Below the pieces are notes generated by a model. It was not told the origin of the DNA, did no database searches, and worked only from the letters and a program-made list of their open reading frames with translations. This document shows positions 43,525 through 58,121 of a stretch of DNA of 64,000 nt, piece by piece. This DNA is from Auanema rhodensis. Taxonomy: Eukaryota > Animalia > Nematoda. Each line of letters begins with the position of its first letter. Position 1 is the first letter of the stretch. A program made the translations under genes and the position numbers. The DNA is taken from positions 19,778,001 to 19,842,000 of the forward strand of contig OZ059897.1 in NCBI GenBank assembly GCA_964057225.1. The letters run 5' to 3'.

Positions 43525-45630
43525 CAAAAACATTTTGACAAAAATTTTTTCGAAAAATTTCAAAATAATTTAGCAAAAAGTAGATGTTTTTAGATTCCTT
43601 TTTTCAAGGCAAAGACGATGGACATTGTTATTCAACGAAAAAATTAATTCTTCAGGGTGAAAATCGGGTATATATGTGTGAACTTATATCAGTTGATATC
43701 TCGGTGCATTTTTAAGCTAGCGCAAATCTGATAACACAGATCGACGCAGCTTAAAAATCCGCATCGAATGCACTATACTACATTGAGAAACGCTTAATAC
43801 AAAAATTAGTTATGATCGTTTGAAAAATGATGCATTAGTGTATGTTGAGTTTCCATGTACACTCAACATTGCTTCCAAAAACATTTTGACAAAAATTTTT
43901 TCGAAAAATTTCAAAATAATTTAGCAAAAAGTAGATGTTTTTAGATTCCATTTTTCAAGGCAAAGACGATAGACAATGTTATTCAACGAAAAAATTAATT
44001 CTTTAGGGTGAAAATCGAGGATATAAGTGTGAACTTATATCAGTTGATATCTCGGTGCATTTTTAAGCTAGCGCAAATCTGATAACACAGATCGACGCAG
44101 CTTAAAAATCCGCATCGAATGCACTATACTACATTGAGAAACGCTTAATACAAAAATTAGTTATGATCGTTTGAAAAATGATGCATTAGTGTATGTTGAG
44201 TTTCCATGTACACTCAACATTGCTTCCAAAAACATTTTGACAAAAATGTTTTCGAAAAATTTCAAAATAATTTAGCAAAAAGTAGATGTTTTTAGATTCC
44301 ATTTTTCAAGGCAAAGACGATAGACAATGTTATTCAACGAAAAAATTAATTCTTCAGGGTGAAAATCGAGGATATAAGTGTGAACTTATATCAGTTGATA
44401 TCTCGGTGCATTTTTAAGCTAGCGCAAATCTGATAACACAGATCGACGCAGCTTAAAAATCCGCATCGAATGCACTATACTACATTGAGAAACGCTTAAT
44501 ACAAAAATTAGTTATGATCGTTTGAAAAATGATGCATTAGTGTATGTTGAGTTTCCATGTACACTCAACATTGCTTCCAAAAACATTTTGACAAAAATTT
44601 TTTCGAAAAATTTCAAAATAATTTAGCAAAAAGTAGATGTTTTTAGATTCCTTTTTTCAAGGCAAAGACGATGGACATTGTTATTCAACGAAAAAATTAA
44701 TTCTTCAGGGTGAAAATCGGGTATATATGTGTGAACTTATATCAGTTGATATCTCGGTGCATTTTTAAGCTAGCGCAAATCTGATAACACAGATCGACGC
44801 AGCTTAAAAATCCGCATCGAATGCACTATACTACATTGAGAAACGCTTAATACAAAAATTAGTTATGATCGTTTGAAAAATGATGCATTAGTGTATGTTG
44901 AGTTTCCATGTACACTCAACATTGCTTCCAAAAACATTTTGACAAAAATTTTTTCGAAAAATTTCAAAATAATTTAGCAAAAAGTAGATGTTTTTAGATT
45001 CCATTTTTCAAGGCAAAGACGATAGACAATGTTATTCAACGAAAAAATTAATTCTTTAGGGTGAAAATCGAGGATATAAGTGTGAACTTATATCAGTTGA
45101 TATCTCGGTGCATTTTTAAGCTAGCGCAAATCTGATAACACAGATCGACGCAGCTTAAAAATCCGCATCGAATGCACTAAACTACATTGAGAAACGCTTA
45201 ATACAAAAATTAGTTATGATCGTTTGAAAAATGATGCATTAGTGTATGTTGAGTTTCCATGTACACTCAACATTGCTTCCAAAAACATTTTGACAAAAAT
45301 GTTTTCGAAAAATTTCAAAATAATTTAGCAAAAAGTAGATGTTTTTAGATTCCTTTTTTCAAGGCAAAGACGATAGACAATGTTATTCAACGAAAAAATT
45401 AATTCTTCAGGGTGAAAATCGAGGATATAAGTGTGAACTTATATCAGTTGATATCTCGGTGCATTTTTAAGCTAGCGCAAATCTGATAACACAGATCGAC
45501 GCAGCTTAAAAATCCGCATCGAATGCACTATACTACATTGAGAAACGCTTAATACAAAAATTAGTTATGATCGTTTGAAAAATGATGCATTAGTGTATGT
45601 TGAGTTTCCATGTACACTCAACATTGCTTC
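43525..45630. repeat. 3-monomer (1,053 bp) duplication containing type H monomer
   Basis: H monomers (A101T, A143G, G145T, A151T) start at 43525 and 44578, each followed by a C129T monomer and a T22G monomer. Confidence 0.85.
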
Positions 45631-48087
45631 CAAAAACATTTTGACAAAAATTTTTTTGAAAAAATTCAAAATAATTTAGCAAAAAGTAGATGTTTTTAGA
45701 TTCCTTTTTTCAAGGCAAAGACGATGGACAATGTTATTCAACGAAAAAATTATTTCTTCAGGGTGAAAATCGAGGATATAAGTGTGAACTTATATCAGTT
45801 GATATCTCGGTGCATTTTTAAGCTAGCGCAAATCTGATAACACAGATCGACGCAGCTTAAAAATCCGCATCGAATGCACTATACTACATTGAAAAACGCT
45901 TGATACAAAAATTAGTTATGATCTTTTGAAAAATGATGCATTAGTGTATGTTGAGTTTCCATGTACACTCAACATTGCTTCCAAAAACATTTTGACAAAA
46001 ATTTTTTCGAAAAATTTCAAAATAATTTAGCAAAAAGTAGATGTTTTTAGATTCCATTTCTCAAGGCAAAGACGATAGACAATGTTATTCAACGAAAAAA
46101 TTAATTCTTCAGGGTGAAAATCGAGGATATAAGTGTGAACTTATATCAGTTGATATCTCGGTGCATTTTTAAGCTAGCGCAAATCTGATAACACAGATCG
46201 ACGCAGCTTAAAAATCCGCATCGAATGCACTATACTACATTGAGAAACGCTTAATACAAAAATTAGTTATGATCGTTTGAAAAATGATGCATTAGTGTAT
46301 GTTGAGTTTCCATGTACACTCAACATTGCTTCCAAAAACATTTTGACAAAAATTTTTTCGAAAAATTTCAAAATAATTTAGCAAAAAGTAGATGTTTTTA
46401 GATTCCATTTTTCAAGGCAAAGACGATAGACAATGTTATTCAACGAAAAAATTAATTCTTCAGGGTGAAAATCGAGGATATAAGTGTGAACTTATATCAG
46501 TTGATATCTCGGTGCATTTTTAAGCTAGCGCAAATCTGATAACACAGATCGACGCAGCTTAAAAATCCGCATCGAATGCACTATACTACATTGAGAAACG
46601 CTTAATACAAAAATTAGTTATGATCGTTTGAAAAATGATGCATTAGTGTATGTTGAGTTTCCATGTACACTCAACATTGCTTCCAAAAACATTTTGACAA
46701 AAATTTTTTCGAAAAATTTCAAAATAATTTAGCAAAAAGTAGATGTTTTTAGATTCCTTTTTTCAAGGCAAAGACGATGGACATTGTTATTCAACGAAAA
46801 AATTAATTCTTCAGGGTGAAAATCGGGTATATATGTGTGAACTTATATCAGTTGATATCTCGGTGCATTTTTAAGCTAGCGCAAATCTGATAACACAGAT
46901 CGACGCAGCTTAAAAATCCGCATTGAATGCACTATACTACATTGAGAAACGCTTAATACAAAAATTAGTTATGATCGTTTGAAAAATGATGCATTAGTGT
47001 ATGTTGAGTTTCCATGTACACTCAACATTGCTTCCAAAAACATTTTGACAAAAATTTTTTCGAAAAATTTCAAAATAATTTAGCAAAAAGTAGATGTTTT
47101 TAGATTCCATTTTTCAAGGCAAAGACGATAGACAATGTTATTCAACGAAAAAATTAATTCTTCAGGGTGAAAATCGAGGATATAAGTGTGAACTTATATC
47201 AGTTGATATCTCGGTGCATTTTTAAGCTAGCGCAAATCTGATAACACAGATCGACGCAGCTTAAAAATCCGCATCGAATGCACTATACTACATTGAGAAA
47301 CGCTTAATACAAAAATTAGTTATGATCGTTTGAAAAATGATGCATTAGTGTATGTTGAGTTTCCATGTACACTCAACATTGCTTCCAAAAACATTTTGAC
47401 AAAAATTTTTTCGAAAAATTTCAAAATAATTTAGCAAAAAGTAGATGTTTTTAGATTCCATTTTTCAAGGCAAAGACGATAGACAATGTTATTCAACGAA
47501 AAAATTAATTCTTCAGGGTGAAAATCGAGGATATAAGTGTGAACTTATATCAGTTGATATCTCGGTGCATTTTTAAGCTAGCGCAAATCTGATAACACAG
47601 ATCGACGCAGCTTAAAAATCCGCATCGAATGCACTATACTACATTGAGAAACGCTTAATACAAAAATTAGTTATGATCGTTTGAAAAATGATGCATTAGT
47701 GTATGTTGAGTTTCCATGTACACTCAACATTGCTTCCAAAAACATTTTGACAAAAATGTTTTCGAAAAATTTCAAAATAATTTAGCAAAAAGTAGATGTT
47801 TTTAGATTCCATTTTTCAAGGCAAAGACGATAGACAATGTTATTCAACGAAAAAATTATTTCTTCAGGGTGAAAATCGAGGATATAAGTGTGAACTTATA
47901 TCAGTTGATATCTCGGTGCATTTTTAAGCTAGCGCAAATCTGATAACACAGATCGACGCAGCTTAAAAATCCGCATCGAATGCACTATACTACATTGAGA
48001 AACGCTTAATACAAAAATTAGTTATGATCGTTTGAAAAATGATGCATTAGTGTATGTTGAGTTTCCATGTACACTCAACATTGCTTC

Positions 48088-51000
48088 CAAAAACATTTTG
48101 ACAAAAATTTTTTTGAAAAAATTCAAAATAATTTAGCAAAAAGTAGATGTTTTTAGATTCCTTTTTTCAAGGCAAAGACGATGGACAATGTTATTCAACG
48201 AAAAAATTATTTCTTCAGGGTGAAAATCGAGGATATAAGTGTGAACTTATATCAGTTGATATCTCGGTGCATTTTTAAGCTAGCGCAAATCTGATAACAC
48301 AGATCGACGCAGCTTAAAAATCCGCATCGAATGCACTATACTACATTGAAAAACGCTTGATACAAAAATTAGTTATGATCTTTTGAAAAATGATGCATTA
48401 GTGTATGTTGAGTTTCCATGTACACTCAACATTGCTTCCAAAAACATTTTGACAAAAATTTTTTCGAAAAATTTCAAAATAATTTAGCAAAAAGTAGATG
48501 TTTTTAGATTCCATTTCTCAAGGCAAAGACGATAGACAATGTTATTCAACGAAAAAATTAATTCTTCAGGGTGAAAATCGAGGATATAAGTGTGAACTTA
48601 TATCAGTTGATATCTCGGTGCATTTTTAAGCTAGCGCAAATCTGATAACACAGATCGACGCAGCTTAAAAATCCGCATCGAATGCACTATACTACATTGA
48701 GAAACGCTTAATACAAAAATTAGTTATGATCGTTTGAAAAATGATGCATTAGTGTATGTTGAGTTTCCATGTACACTCAACATTGCTTCCAAAAACATTT
48801 TGACAAAAATTTTTTCGAAAAATTTCAAAATAATTTAGCAAAAAGTAGATGTTTTTAGATTCCTTTTTTCAAGGCAAAGACGATGGACAATGTTATTCAA
48901 CGAAAAAATTATTTCTTCAGGGTGAAAATCGAGGATATAAGTGTGAACTTATATCAGTTGATATCTCGGTGCATTTTTAAGCTAGCGCAAATCTGATAAC
49001 ACAGATCGACGCAGCTTAAAAATCCGCATCGAATGCACTATACTACATTGAAAAACGCTTGATACAAAAATTAGTTATGATCTTTTGAAAAATGATGCAT
49101 TAGTTTATGTTGAGTTTCCATGTACACTCAACATTGCTTCCAAAAACATTTTGACAAAAATTTTTTCGAAAAATTTCAAAATAATTTAGCAAAAAGTAGA
49201 TGTTTTTAGATTCCATTTCTCAAGGCAAAGACGATAGACAATGTTATTCAACGAAAAAATTAATTCTTCAGGGTGAAAATCGAGGATATAAGTGTGAACT
49301 TATATCAGTTGATATCTCGGTGCATTTTTAAGCTAGCGCAAATCTGATAACACAGATCGACGCAGCTTAAAAATCCGCATCGAATGCACTATACTACATT
49401 GAGAAACGCTTAATACAAAAATTAGTTATGATCGTTTGAAAAATGATGCATTAGTGTATGTTGAGTTTCCATGTACACTCAACATTGCTTCCAAAAACAT
49501 TTTGACAAAAATTTTTTCGAAAAATTTCAAAATAATTTAGCAAAAAGTAGATGTTTTTAGATTCCTTTTTTCAAGGCAAAGACGATGGACAATGTTATTC
49601 AACGAAAAAATTATTTCTTCAGGGTGAAAATCGAGGATATAAGTGTGAACTTATATCAGTTGATATCTCGGTGCATTTTTAAGCTAGCGCAAATCTGATA
49701 ACACAGATCGACGCAGCTTAAAAATCCGCATCGAATGCACTATACTACATTGAAAAACGCTTGATACAAAAATTAGTTATGATCTTTTGAAAAATGATGC
49801 ATTAGTGTATGTTGAGTTTCCATGTACACTCAACATTGCTTCCAAAAACATTTTGACAAAAATTTTTTCGAAAAATTTCAAAATAATTTAGCAAAAAGTA
49901 GATGTTTTTAGATTCCATTTCTCAAGGCAAAGACGATAGACAATGTTATTCAACGAAAAAATTAATTCTTCAGGGTGAAAATCGAGGATATAAGTGTGAA
50001 CTTATATCAGTTGATATCTCGGTGCATTTTTAAGCTAGCGCAAATTTGATAACACAGATCGACGCAGCTAAAAAATCCGCATCGAATGCACTATACTACA
50101 TTGAGAAACGCTTAATACAAAAATTAGTTATGATCGTTTGAAAAATGATGCATTAGTGTATGTTGAGTTTCCATGTACACTCAACATTGCTTCCAAAAAC
50201 ATTTTGACAAAAATTTTTTCGAAAAATTTCAAAATAATTTAGCAAAAAGTAGATGTTTTTAGATTCCTTTTTTCAAGGCAAAGACGATGGACAATGTTAT
50301 TCAACGAAAAAATTATTTCTTCAGGGTGAAAATCGAGGATATAAGTGTGAACTTATATCAGTTGATATCTCGGTGCATTTTTAAGCTAGCGCAAATCTGA
50401 TAACACAGATCGACGCAGCTTAAAAATCCGCATCGAATGCACTATACTACATTGAAAAACGCTTGATACAAAAATTAGTTATGATCTTTTGAAAAATGAT
50501 GCATTAGTGTATGTTGAGTTTCCATGTACACTCAACATTGCTTCCAAAAACATTTTGACAAAAATTTTTTCGAAAAATTTCAAAATAATTTAGCAAAAAG
50601 TAGATGTTTTTAGATTCCATTTCTCAAGGCAAAGACGATAGACAATGTTATTCAACGAAAAAATTAATTCTTCAGGGTGAAAATCGAGGATATAAGTGTG
50701 AACTTATATCAGTTGATATCTCGGTGCATTTTTAAGCTAGCGCAAATCTGATAACACAGATCGACGCAGCTTAAAAATCCGCATCGAATGCACTATACTA
50801 CATTGAGAAACGCTTAATACAAAAATTAGTTATGATCGTTTGAAAAATGATGCATTAGTGTATGTTGAGTTTCCATGTACACTCAACATTGCTTCCAAAA
50901 ACATTTTGACAAAAATTTTTTCGAAAAATTTCAAAATAATTTAGCAAAAAGTAGATGTTTTTAGATTCCTTTTTTCAAGGCAAAGACGATGGACAATGTT

Positions 51001-51246
51001 ATTCAACGAAAAAATTATTTCTTCAGGGTGAAAATCGAGGATATAAGTGTGAACTTATATCAGTTGATATCTCGGTGCATTTTTAAGCTAGCGCAAATCT
51101 GATAACACAGATCGACGCAGCTTAAAAATCCGCATCGAATGCACTATACTACATTGAAAAACGCTTGATACAAAAATTAGTTATGATCTTTTGAAAAATG
51201 ATGCATTAGTGTATGTTGAGTTTCCATGTACACTCAACATTGCTTC
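48088..51246. repeat. Alternating B/C dimer run (702-bp period)
   Basis: Nine monomers alternate strictly between type B (A75T, A96G, A123T, G263A, A272G, G294T) and type C (T79C). Confidence 0.88.
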
Positions 51247-53351
51247 CAAAAACAATTTGACAAAAATTTTTTCGAAAAATTTCAAAATAATTTAGCAAAA
51301 AGTAGATGTTTTTAGATTCCTTTTTTCAAGGCAAAGACGATAGACAATGTTATTCAACGAAAAAATTAATTCTTCAGGGTGAAAATCGAGGATATAAGTG
51401 TGAACTTATATCAGTTGATATCTCGGTGCATTTTTACGCTAGCGCAAATCTGATAACACAGATCGACGCAGCTTAAAAATCCGCATCGAATGCACTATAC
51501 TACATTGAGAAACGCTTAATACAAAAATTAGTTATGATCGTTTGAAAAATGATGCATTAGTGTATGTTGAGTTTCCATGTACACTCAACATTGCTTCCAA
51601 AAACATTTTGACAAAAATTTTTTCGAAAAATTTCAAAATAATTTAGCAAAAAGTAGATGTTTTTAGATTCCTTTTTTCAAGGCAAAGACGATGGACAATG
51701 TTATTCAACGAAAAAATTATTTCTTCAGGGTGAAAATCGAGGATATAAGTGTGAACTTATATCAGTTGATATCTCGGTGCATTTTTAAGCTAGCGCAAAT
51801 CTGATAACACAGATCGACGCAGCTCAAAAATCCGGATCGAATGCACTATACTACATTAAGAAACGCTTGATACAAAAATTAGTTATGATCGTTTGAAAAA
51901 TGATGCATTAGTGTATGTTGAGTTTCCATGTACACTCAACATTGCTTCCAAAAACATTTTGACAAAAATTTTTCGAAAAATTTCAAAATAATTTAGCAAA
52001 AAGTAGATGTTTTTAGATTTCATTTTTCAAGGCAAAGACGATGGACAATGTTATTCAACGAAAAAATTAATTCTTCAGGGTGAAAATCGAGGATATAAGT
52101 GTGAACTTATATCAGTTGATATCTCGGTGCATTTTTAAGCTAGCGCAAATCTGATAACACAGATCGACGCAGCTTAAAAATCCGCATCGAATGCACTATA
52201 CTACATTGAGAAACGCTTAATACAAAAATTAGTTATGATCGTTTGAAAAATGATGCATTAGTGTATGTTGAGTTTCCATGTACACTCAACATTGCTTCCA
52301 AAAACAATTTGACAAAAATTTTTTCGAAAAATTTCAAAATAATTTAGCAAAAAGTAGATGTTTTTAGATTCCTTTTTTCAAGGCAAAGACGATAGACAAT
52401 GTTATTCAACGAAAAAATTAATTCTTCAGGGTGAAAATCGAGGATATAAGTGTGAACTTATATCAGTTGATATCTCGGTGCATTTTTACGCTAGCGCAAA
52501 TCTGATAACACAGATCGACGCAGCTTAAAAATCCGCATCGAATGCACTATACTACATTGAGAAACGCTTAATACAAAAATTAGTTATGATCGTTTGAAAA
52601 ATGATGCATTAGTGTATGTTGAGTTTCCATGTACACTCAACATTGCTTCCAAAAACATTTTGACAAAAATTTTTTCGAAAAATTTCAAAATAATTTAGCA
52701 AAAAGTAGATGTTTTTAGATTCCTTTTTTCAAGGCAAAGACGATGGACAATGTTATTCAACGAAAAAATTATTTCTTCAGGGTGAAAATCGAGGATATAA
52801 GTGTGAACTTATATCAGTTGATATCTCGGTGCATTTTTAAGCTAGCGCAAATCTGATAACACAGATCGACGCAGCTCAAAAATCCGGATCGAATGCACTA
52901 TACTACATTAAGAAACGCTTGATACAAAAATTAGTTATGATCGTTTGAAAAATGATGCATTAGTGTATGTTGAGTTTCCATGTACACTCAACATTGCTTC
53001 CAAAAACATTTTGACAAAAATTTTTTCGAAAAATTTCAAAATAATTTAGCAAAAAGTAGATGTTTTTAGATTTCATTTTTCAAGGCAAAGACGATGGACA
53101 ATGTTATTCAACGAAAAAATTAATTCTTCAGGGTGAAAATCGAGGATATAAGTGTGAACTTATATCAGTTGATATCTCGGTGCATTTTTAAGCTAGCGCA
53201 AATCTGATAACACAGATCGACGCAGCTTAAAAATCCGCATCGAATGCACTATACTACATTGAAAAACACTTGATACAAAAATTAGTTATGATCGTTTGAA
53301 AAATGATGCATTAGTGTATGTTGAGTTTCCATGTACACTCAACATTGCTTC
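51247..53351. repeat. 3-monomer duplication related to the 10.5-18.6 kb block
   Basis: The pattern (T9A+A191C), (T228C+C238G+G261A), (C73T) occurs in units starting 51247 and 52299. Confidence 0.85.
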
Positions 53352-56300
53352 CAAAAACATTTTGACAAAAATTTTTTCGAAAAATTTCAAAATAATTTAG
53401 CAAAAAGTAGATGTTTTTAGATTCCATTTCTCAAGGCAAAGACGATAGACAATGTTATTCAACGAAAAAAATTAATTCTTCAGGGGGAAAATCGAGGATA
53501 TAAGTGTGAACTTATATCAGTTGATATCTCGGTGCATTTTTAAGCTAGCGCAAATCTGATAACACAGATCGACGCAGCTTAAAAATCCGCATCGAATGCA
53601 CTATACTACATTGAGAAACGCTTAATACAAAAATTAGTTATGATCGTTTGAAAAATGATGCATTAGTGTATGTTGAGTTTCCATGTACACTCAACATTGC
53701 TTCCAAAAACATTTTGACAAAAATTTTTTCGAAAAATTTCAAAATAATTTAGCAAAAAGTAGATGTTTTAAGATTCCATTTTTCAAGGCAAAGACGATGG
53801 ACAATGTTATTCAACGAAAAAATTAATTCTTCAGGGTGAAAATCGAGGATATAAGTGTGAACTTATATCAGTTGATATCTCGGTGCATTTTTAAGCTAGC
53901 GCAAATCTGATAACACAGATCGACGCAGCTTAAAAATCCGCATCGAATGCACTATACTACATTGAGAAACACTTGATACAAAAATTAGTTATGATCGTTT
54001 GAAAAATGATGCATTAGTGTATGTTGAGTTTCCATGTACACTCAACATTGCTTCCAAAAACATTTTGACAAAAATTTTTTCGAAAAATTTCAAAATAATT
54101 TAGCAAAAAGTAGATGTTTTAAGATTCCATTTTTCAAGGCAAAGACGATGGACAATGTTATTCAACGAAAAAATTAATTCTTCAGGGTGAAAATCGAGGA
54201 TATAAGTGTGAACTTATATCAGTTGATATCTCGGTGCATTTTTAAGCTAGCGCAAATCTGATAACACAGATCGACGCAGCTTAAAAATCCGCATCGAATG
54301 CACTATACTACATTGAGAAACGCTTAATACAAAAATTAGTTATGATCGTTTGAAAAATGATGCATTAGTGTATGTTGAGTTTCCATGTACACTCAACATT
54401 GCTTCCAAAAACATTTTGACAAAAACTTTTTGAAAAATTTCAAAATAATTTAGCAAAAAGTAGATGTTTTTAGATTCCATTTTTCAAGGCAAAGACGATG
54501 GACAATGTTATTCAACGAAAAAATTATTTCTTCAGGGTGAAAATCGAGGATATAAGTGTGAACTTATATCAGTTGATATCTCGGTGCATTTTTAAGCTAG
54601 CGCAAATCTGATAACACAGATCGACGCAGCTCAAAAATCCGGATCGAATGCACTATACTACATTAAGAAACGCTTGATACAAAAATTAGTTATGATCGTT
54701 TGAAAAATGATGCATTAGTGTATGTTGAGTTTCCATGTACACTCAACATTGCTTCCAAAAACATTTTGACAAAAATTTTTTCGAAAAATTTCAAAATAAT
54801 TTAGCAAAAAGTAGATGTTTTTAGATTCCATTTTTCAAGGCAAAGACGATGGACAATGTTATTCAACAAAAAAATTAATTCTTCAGGGTGAAAATCGAGG
54901 ATATAAGTGTGAACTTATATCAGTTGATATCTCGGTGCATTTTTAAGCTAGCGCAAATCTGATAACACAGATCGACGCAGCTTAAAAATCCGCATCGAAT
55001 GCACTATACTACATTGAGAAACACTTGATACAAAAATTAGTTATGATCGTTTGAAAAATGATGCATTAGTGTATGTTGAGTTTCCATGTACACTCAACAT
55101 TGCTTCCAAAAACATTTTGACAAAAATTTTTTCGAAAAATTTCAAAATAATTTAGCAAAAAGTAGATGTTTTAAGATTCCATTTTTCAAGGCAAAGACGA
55201 TGGACAATGTTATTCAACGAAAAAATTAATTCTTCAGGGTGAAAATCGAGGATATAAGTGTGAACTTATATCAGTTGATATCTCGGTGCATTTTTAAGCT
55301 AGCGCAAATCTGATAACACAGATCGACGCAGCTTAAAAATCCGCATCGAATGCACTATACTACATTGAGAAACGCTTAATACAAAAATTAGTTATGATCG
55401 TTTGAAAAATGATGCATTAGTGTATGTTGAGTTTCCATGTACACTCAACATTGCTTCCAAAAACATTTTGACAAAAATTTTTTCGAAAAATTTCAAAATA
55501 ATTTAGCAAAAAGTAGATGTTTTTAGATTCCATTTTTCAAGGCAAAGACGATGGACAATGTTATTCAACGAAAAAATTATTTCTTCAGGGTGAAAATCGA
55601 GGATATAAGTGTGAACTTATATCAGTTGATATCTCGGTGCATTTTTAAGCTAGCGCAAATCTGATAACACAGATCGACGCAGCTTAAAAATCCGCATCGA
55701 ATGCACTATACTACATTGAGAAACGCTTAATACAAAAATTAGTTATGATCGTTTGAAAAATGATGCATTAGTGTATGTTGAGTTTCCATGTACACTCAAC
55801 ATTGCTTCCAAAAACATTTTGACAAAAATTTTTTCGAAAAATTTCAAAATAATTTAGCAAAAAGTAGATGTTTTTAGATTCCTTTTTTCAAGGCAAAGAC
55901 GATGGACATTGTTATTCAACGAAAAAATTAATTCTTCAGGGTGAAAATCGGGTATATATGTGTGAACTTATATCAGTTGATATCTCGGTGCATTTTTAAG
56001 CTAGCGCAAATCTGATAACACAGATCGACGCAGCTTAAAAATCCGCATCGAATGTACTATACTACATTGAGAAACGCTTAATACAAAAATTAGTTATGAT
56101 CGTTTGAAAAATGATGCATTAGTGTATGTTGAGTTTCCATGTACACTCAACATTGCTTCCAAAAACATTTTGACAAAAATTTTTTCGAAAAATTTCAAAA
56201 TAATTTAGCAAAAAGTAGATGTTTTTAGATTCCTTTTTTCAAGGCAAAGACGATGGACAATGTTATTCAACGAAAAAATTATTTCTTCAGGGTGAAAATC

Positions 56301-56840
56301 GAGGATATAAGTGTGAACTTATATCAGTTGATATCTCGGTGCATTTTTAAGCTAGCGCAAATCTGATAACACAGATCGACGCAGCTTAAAAATCCGCATC
56401 GAATGCACTATACTACATTGAGAAACGCTTAATACAAAAATTAGTTATGATCGTTTGAAAAATGATGCATTAGTGTATGTTGAGTTTCCATGTACACTCA
56501 ACATTGCTTCCAAAAACATTTTGACAAAAATTTTTTCGAAAAATTTCAAAATAATTTAGCAAAAAGTAGATGTTTTAAGATTCCATTTTTCAAGGCAAAG
56601 ACGATGGACAATGTTATTCAACGAAAAAATTAATTCTTCAGGGTGAAAATCGAGGATATAAGTGTGAACTTATATCAGTTGATATCTCGGTGCATTTTTA
56701 AGCTAGCGCAAATCTGATAACACAGATCGACGCAGCTTAAAAATCCGCATCGAATGCACTATACTACATTGAGAAACACTTGATACAAAAATTAGTTATG
56801 ATCGTTTGAAAAATGATGCATTAGTGTATGTTGAGTTTCC

Positions 56841-57068
56841 ATGTACACTCAACATTGCTTCCAAAAACATTTTGACAAAAATTTTTTCGAAAAATTTCAA
56901 AATAATTTAGCAAAAAGTAGATGTTTTAAGATTCCATTTTTCAAGGCAAAGACGATGGACAATGTTATTCAACGAAAAAATCATTTCTTCAGGGTGAAAA
57001 TCGAGGATATAAGTGTGAACTTATATCAGTTGATATCTCGGTGCATTTTTAAGCTAGCGCAAATCTGA
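56841..57068 (+). other. Satellite-derived 75-codon ORF, probably non-coding
   Basis: The ATG is at monomer position 331. The frame is open only because TAG(67-69) became AAG and TAA(121-123) became CAT. No recognisable protein motif. Confidence 0.6.
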
Positions 57069-57893
57069 TAACACAGATCGACGCAGCTTAAAAATCCGCA
57101 TCGAATGCACTATACTACATTGAGAAACGCTTAATACAAAAATTAGTTATGATCGTTTGAAAAATGATGCATTAGTGTATGTTGAGTTTCCATGTACACT
57201 CAACATTGCTTCCAAAAACATTTTGACAAAAATTTTTTCGAAAAATTTCAAAATAATTTAGCAAAAAGTAGATGTTTTTAGATTCCATTTCTCAAGGCAA
57301 AGACGATAGACAATGTTATTCAACGAAAAAATTAATTCTTCAGGGTGAAATTCGAGGATATAAGTGTGAACTTATATCAGTTGATATCTCGGTGCATTTT
57401 TAAGCTAGCGCAAATCTGATAACACAGATCGACGCAGCTTAAAAATCCGCATCGAATGCACTATACTACATTGAGAAACGCTTAATACAAAAATTAGTTA
57501 TGATCGTTTGAAAAATGATGCATTAGTGTATGTTGAGTTTCCATGTACACTCAACATTGCTTCCAAAAACATTTTGACAAAAATTTTTTCGAAAAATTTC
57601 AAAATAATTTAGCAAAAAGTAGATGTTTTTAGATTCCTTTTTTCAAGGCAAAGACGATGGACATTGTTATTCAACGAAAAAATTAATTCTTCAGGGTGAA
57701 AATCGGGTATATATGTGTGAACTTATATCAGTTGATATCTCGGTGCATTTTTAAGCTAGCGCAAATCTGATAACACAGATCGACGCAGCTTAAAAATCCG
57801 CATCGAATGCACTATACTACATTGAGAAACGCTTAATACAAAAATTAGTTATGATCGTTTGAAAAATGATGCATTAGTGTATGTTGAGTTTCC

Positions 57894-58121
57894 ATGTACA
57901 CTCAACATTGCTTCCAAAAACATTTTGACAAAAATTTTTTCGAAAAATTTCAAAATAATTTAGCAAAAAGTAGATGTTTTAAGATTCAATTTTTCAAGGC
58001 AAAGACGATGGACAATGTTATTCAACGAAAAAATTATTTCTTCAGGGTGAAAATCGAGGATATATGTGTGAACTTATATCAGTTGATATCTCGGTGCATT
58101 TTTAAGCTAGCGCAAATCTGA
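57894..58121 (+). other. Satellite-derived 75-codon ORF, probably non-coding
   Basis: Same frame, with T67A and A123T in one monomer. Confidence 0.6.

Noticed and set aside
1-56160. 7,020-bp periodicity as a 20-mer HOR
   Set aside because: It is a display artefact: 7,020 is the least common multiple of 351 and the 60-nt line width, and SNP patterns do not repeat at that lag.
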